Assembly: GCA_042216335.1 (NCBI GenBank)
Contig: JBDGTY010000049.1
Span: 1 to 18,014, forward strand
Source: Candidatus Nanohalobium sp.
GTDB taxonomy: Archaea; Nanohalarchaeota; Nanosalinia; Nanosalinales; Nanosalinaceae
Length of the DNA stretch: 18,014 nt
Direction of reading: 5' to 3'
Shown piece by piece: positions 14,859 to 18,014 of the stretch. Position numbers and translations under genes: made by a program. Below the pieces are notes generated by a model. It was not told the origin of the DNA, searched no databases, and saw only the letters and a program-made list of their open reading frames with translations. The number at the start of each line of letters is the position of its first letter. The first letter of the stretch is position 1.

Positions 14859-15449
14859 TCAAGTTCTCCTTGTTATTATCAGGTCTACAGGGGTTTCACG
14901 GCCTTCCTCGGTGTGAAAGCCGTAGCTCGCAGGCAAAACTATTTCGTATTCCTGCACACCCTCAAGTTTATGGTTAGAACTTCGGACCAAACTTTTTATA
15001 CTGTCACGGGCGTCCCGTGGAGAAATACCATACACTGCATCAGAGACCTCGATGGCCTTCTCCCAGAACGAAAGCCCGGTATCCGAGTGAATGGAGAACG
15101 GAGGGTTCATGACTGCGGTGTCTGTGCTTCCATTGAAGTCTCCAACATCTTTTTCGACAAAATTTACTTCAGCTCCGGCCTCTTCAGCGTTCTTCTTGGC
15201 GATCTCCAGTGCTTCACTGTCCTTCTCCACGGCCGTGACTTCGCCGCCGACTTTCGCCGCCCCGATTGCCAGAATCCCTGTACCTGTTCCAAGATCCACG
15301 ACCTTTTTCTCCTCGATATCGTCCTGCATATACGCCGTGTAGATTAAATCTGCGGCCAGTGCTGGAGGCGTGATGTACTGCTCCAGTTTTATTCTCGGGT
15401 CTTCAAAGTCGCTGACCTTTGAGAGGACTTGACGTAGCTGGTTTTTCAT
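14859..15449 (-). CDS. METTL5-like SAM-dependent N6-adenine RNA methyltransferase
   Basis: 'P.IKLEQYITP', 'VDLGTGTGILAIGA', 'MNPPF' and 'LPASY.FH'. Confidence 0.92.
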   Translation of the reverse strand: MKNQLRQVLSKVSDFEDPRIKLEQYITPPALAADLIYTAYMQDDIEEKKVVDLGTGTGILAIGAAKVGGEVTAVEKDSEALEIAKKNAEEAGAEVNFVEKDVGDFNGSTDTAVMNPPFSIHSDTGLSFWEKAIEVSDAVYGISPRDARDSIKSLVRSSNHKLEGVQEYEIVLPASYGFHTEEGRETPVDLIITRRT

Positions 15450-15470
15450 TTCTGGTTCCTCATCAGACCT

Positions 15471-15578
15471 TCAATCGATCTTCTTCCACATCTCGTCCTC
15501 AAGCTCCGTTGAGGTCTTGTCGCTGTTGATGACGCCAACGAGGCTGCTCCAGTCCACTTCTTCCTGTTCTTCTTCCAT
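15471..15578 (-). CDS. Small acidic peptide (35 aa), antitoxin-tail-like
   Basis: MEEEQEEVDWSSLVGVINSDKTSTELEDEMWKKID; minus-strand TTTAA at 15602-15606, about 24-28 nt upstream of the ATG. Confidence 0.5.
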   Translation of the reverse strand: MEEEQEEVDWSSLVGVINSDKTSTELEDEMWKKID

Positions 15579-15710
15579 GCTTTCTTTTTGATTGTTCAGA
15601 GTTAAATCTGGTTTGGTATGGGCCGGGTCGTCGAAATGTTCTCCGACTTCAGCTTGGCTTTCAGCTCCGCTTATTGACTGTTTTAAAGCTTTGTGTCTAA
15701 CGGTAGAGGC

Positions 15711-17330
15711 ATGCCAGAGGAAAACTTGGAGGAGCTTTCTAAGGACGAGTTGATCGACAGACTGAAAAACCAGGTAGTGTTCTTCGAGCCGCAGAGAGAA
15801 ATTATACTTTCTAACCCGGACCGGGAGACGTTGAACGAGGTTTCTTCTCTTGCGCATATGGAGACTTCTTCGGGTGAGCATTACAAGTTCGAGGTCCAGG
15901 AGATGGATATCTGGAACTCTGACAAATCGCTGGAGGAGATGAAGGAGGTCTATACCAGAGTAGTCGGAAGCTATCCACGTTTCATGGAGTGGTTGGAAAG
16001 AACCTACACTAAACAGGAGATGTTCTCCATTGAGCATCGGGGCCGCTACCACTCACTCGTCGCTGAGGACCCGGAACGGATGGACTGGGCCCGAAGCATA
16101 GACAAGGTCAGGCAGAACCTGTCAGTGGACCTCTCCGATACAGAGTCGCGTATCGCAATGGGGTCCAAGAGCAGGGCAGAGATCAAGGAAGCACTGCTGA
16201 AGAAAGGTTATCCGGTAGAAGACAACTCCAAGTTCAGGGAATCGGACGAGAAAATCGGAGCAGACCTGGCGGAAGATATCGAGCTAAGAGACTACCAGGA
16301 GGAGTACGTGGAAAAAGCATACGAGAAGAAGGCCGCAGTCCTCGCGAACCCTGCAGGAAGCGGTAAAACGGTTACCTCCATCGGATTGATGGCGAAGATC
16401 GATGCACCGACGCTAATCCTGGTGCCGCAGAGGAACCTGGTTGGACAGTGGAAGAGGGAAATCCTCGACAAGACGACGCTGACAGAAGATCAGATCGGAG
16501 AGTACCACGGCGATGAGAAGGAGATGAACGACGTGACGATCGCCACGTACCACATGGCCGGTGAGAAAACCAACATATTCAGGAAGGAATGGGGGCTTAT
16601 CATCTTCGACGAAGTGCACCACATCCCGTCCAAGCTGTTCAGGAAGACGGCCGATCTACAGAGTACAAGGAGGATTGGGCTCTCCGCTTCTCCTGTCAGA
16701 GAGGACAGCAAGGAGAGGGAGATATTCGCGCTTATCGGTCAGGAGATCGGCAGTGACTGGGCCCGATTCTTCGCGGAAGGACATGTAGTCAAGCCGGATG
16801 TTGAGATCCAGCTGGTGGAGTGGGCGTCTGACCACTACCGGCATAAATATGAGGAAGCTTCAGGCATCAAAAAGGCGATTATCGCGTCGAAGAACCCGGC
16901 GAAGAAGCAAAACCTTGAGGAAATCCTTGACAAGCACCAGGATGAGAAGACGATCATTTTCTGTGACTGGATTGACCAGGGAGAAACCCTGAGCGAGGAG
17001 TATGATATCCCATTCGTCTCGGGCGAGACAGACTTTGAGGACAGGGAGGATTACTTCGAGAAGTTCAGGAACGACGAGCTGAACACCATCATCGTCTCCA
17101 GGATCGGCGATGAAGGCCTAGACCTTCCGGACGCAGAGATCGGAATCGTTATGTCTGGACAGGGAGGCAGCCGTAGACAGGCCACGCAGAGAGCTGGAAG
17201 GGTCATGAGGCCGTTTGGAGACGCACAGGTCTACATGGTTGCCACCAAAGGTAGCAACGAGGAAGACTTTGTCAAACAGCAGGTAGAACTCCTTAAGGAA
17301 AAGGGCGTGCCGGTGACTGTGAAGGAGTGA
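15711..17330 (+). CDS. xpb: XPB/Rad25 superfamily II DNA repair helicase
   Basis: Q motif LRDYQ, Walker A PAGSGKT, DEVH, GLSASPVRED, 'SRIGDEGLDLPDA', 'GSRRQATQRAGRVMR'; N-terminal extension resembles the XPB N-terminal domain. TTTTAAAG lies 23-30 nt upstream of ATG 15711. Confidence 0.92.
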   Translation: MPEENLEELSKDELIDRLKNQVVFFEPQREIILSNPDRETLNEVSSLAHMETSSGEHYKFEVQEMDIWNSDKSLEEMKEVYTRVVGSYPRFMEWLERTYTKQEMFSIEHRGRYHSLVAEDPERMDWARSIDKVRQNLSVDLSDTESRIAMGSKSRAEIKEALLKKGYPVEDNSKFRESDEKIGADLAEDIELRDYQEEYVEKAYEKKAAVLANPAGSGKTVTSIGLMAKIDAPTLILVPQRNLVGQWKREILDKTTLTEDQIGEYHGDEKEMNDVTIATYHMAGEKTNIFRKEWGLIIFDEVHHIPSKLFRKTADLQSTRRIGLSASPVREDSKEREIFALIGQEIGSDWARFFAEGHVVKPDVEIQLVEWASDHYRHKYEEASGIKKAIIASKNPAKKQNLEEILDKHQDEKTIIFCDWIDQGETLSEEYDIPFVSGETDFEDREDYFEKFRNDELNTIIVSRIGDEGLDLPDAEIGIVMSGQGGSRRQATQRAGRVMRPFGDAQVYMVATKGSNEEDFVKQQVELLKEKGVPVTVKE

Positions 17331-17647
17331 CTGAGGAATACAGAGAACTTTACTATTTTCTGGATGATGAGTTTAATAACCTGGGGAACCTTAAGGACGT
17401 CTTGAAAGGCCTCGGCGAACGGGAAAGCGTCGATAGCTCCCTACGTCACATCATGGACTGCTATGTCCGGAACTCGAACCTGGAATACTCTGAAGTAAAA
17501 CATAAGTATGGCTACAGGTTGGAAAATGGTTCGGACGCTGCACTCTTCGAGACCGATCAGGGTCTCTTCGTTGTATCGAACTCCCGGTACATAGAGCAGA
17601 ACTCCCGTTCAATTTCATCGAGGAGCACCAAAAGCATAGTGAAATAG
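17327..17647 (+). CDS. Hypothetical protein
   Basis: 106-aa ORF whose GTG start overlaps the XPB stop (GTGA); fills the gap to the next gene. Confidence 0.6.
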   Translation: MTEEYRELYYFLDDEFNNLGNLKDVLKGLGERESVDSSLRHIMDCYVRNSNLEYSEVKHKYGYRLENGSDAALFETDQGLFVVSNSRYIEQNSRSISSRSTKSIVK

Positions 17648-17688
17648 GTATATCTAACCTATTAAGAAGTGGAGTCGAAAAGCAGGAT

Positions 17689-18014
17689 ATGACGCTCATC
17701 AAATCAGAGGACCTCTCCAAGACCTTCCGCATCTACCAGAGAGGCGAAGGCATCAAGGGATATCTCAAATCCTTCGTCAAGCGGGAGTACGAGGAAGTTC
17801 ACGCAGTCGAAGACCTGAATCTGGAGATAGAAGAGGGTGAGATGATTGGGTACATCGGCTCGAACGGAGCAGGGAAAAGTACTACGGTCAAGATGCTCAC
17901 CGGTATCCTCGAACCGACTTCCGGAGTGATCGAGGTAGACGGCAGGAACCCGCACCATGAACGGAAGAAGAACGCGATGAACATCGGCGTGGTTTTCGGC
18001 CAGAAAACACAGCT
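17689..18014 (+). CDS. ABC transporter ATP-binding protein (partial, runs off the window)
   Basis: Not in ORF track. MTLIKSEDLSKTFRIYQRGEGIKGYLKSFVKREYEEVHAVEDLNLEIEEGEMIGYIGSNGAGKSTTVKMLTGILEPTSG...IGVVFGQKTQ contains Walker A and the Q-loop region. Confidence 0.93.
   Translation, partial: MTLIKSEDLSKTFRIYQRGEGIKGYLKSFVKREYEEVHAVEDLNLEIEEGEMIGYIGSNGAGKSTTVKMLTGILEPTSGVIEVDGRNPHHERKKNAMNIGVVFGQKTQ

Noticed and set aside
15579-16052. 193-aa minus-strand ORF
   Set aside because: Mostly antisense to XPB; only the last 35 codons look like host protein.
1-18014. CRISPR arrays, tRNA/rRNA genes, IS elements, integrases, inteins
   Set aside because: Intergenic gaps are short and show no repeat-spacer structure, cloverleaf/T-loop pattern or terminal inverted repeats; no transposase, integrase or intein motifs in the translations.

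Overview
Chromosomal window from an extremely halophilic DPANN archaeon, most likely Nanohaloarchaeota. The basis is the very acidic proteins, archaeal information-processing genes and a single fused PriS-PriL primase. Most of the minus strand is the known archaeal replication/translation supercluster: METTL5-like MTase, rpoL, EndoV-like DUF99, signal peptidase I, TFS, small RPA-like OB protein, PCNA, Nudix, PriSL, GINS51, pyrH, Nudix, L44e, S27e, aIF2-alpha, Nop10, PAC2, rpoK and enolase. It is interrupted by accessory genes: two PIN toxin-antitoxin pairs, orphan ORFs, an AT-rich insert and an AAA/DUF4143 ATPase. XPB helicase, an orphan and a partial ABC ATPase lie on the plus strand at the right end. 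Five genes missing from the ORF track were translated by hand: rpoK, nop10, rps27e, a 51-aa ORF and the ABC ATPase. The most notable observations are (1) a fused primase whose PriL C-terminal domain appears to have lost all four Fe-S cysteines and gained a C-terminal C2HC zinc finger, (2) sharp local switches in G/T versus A/C strand skew at synonymous sites, and (3) both TA modules overlapping a downstream nucleotide/DNA-repair gene by ATGA. No CRISPR array, RNA gene, transposase or integrase was seen. No clearly new multi-gene system can be established from the sequence alone.
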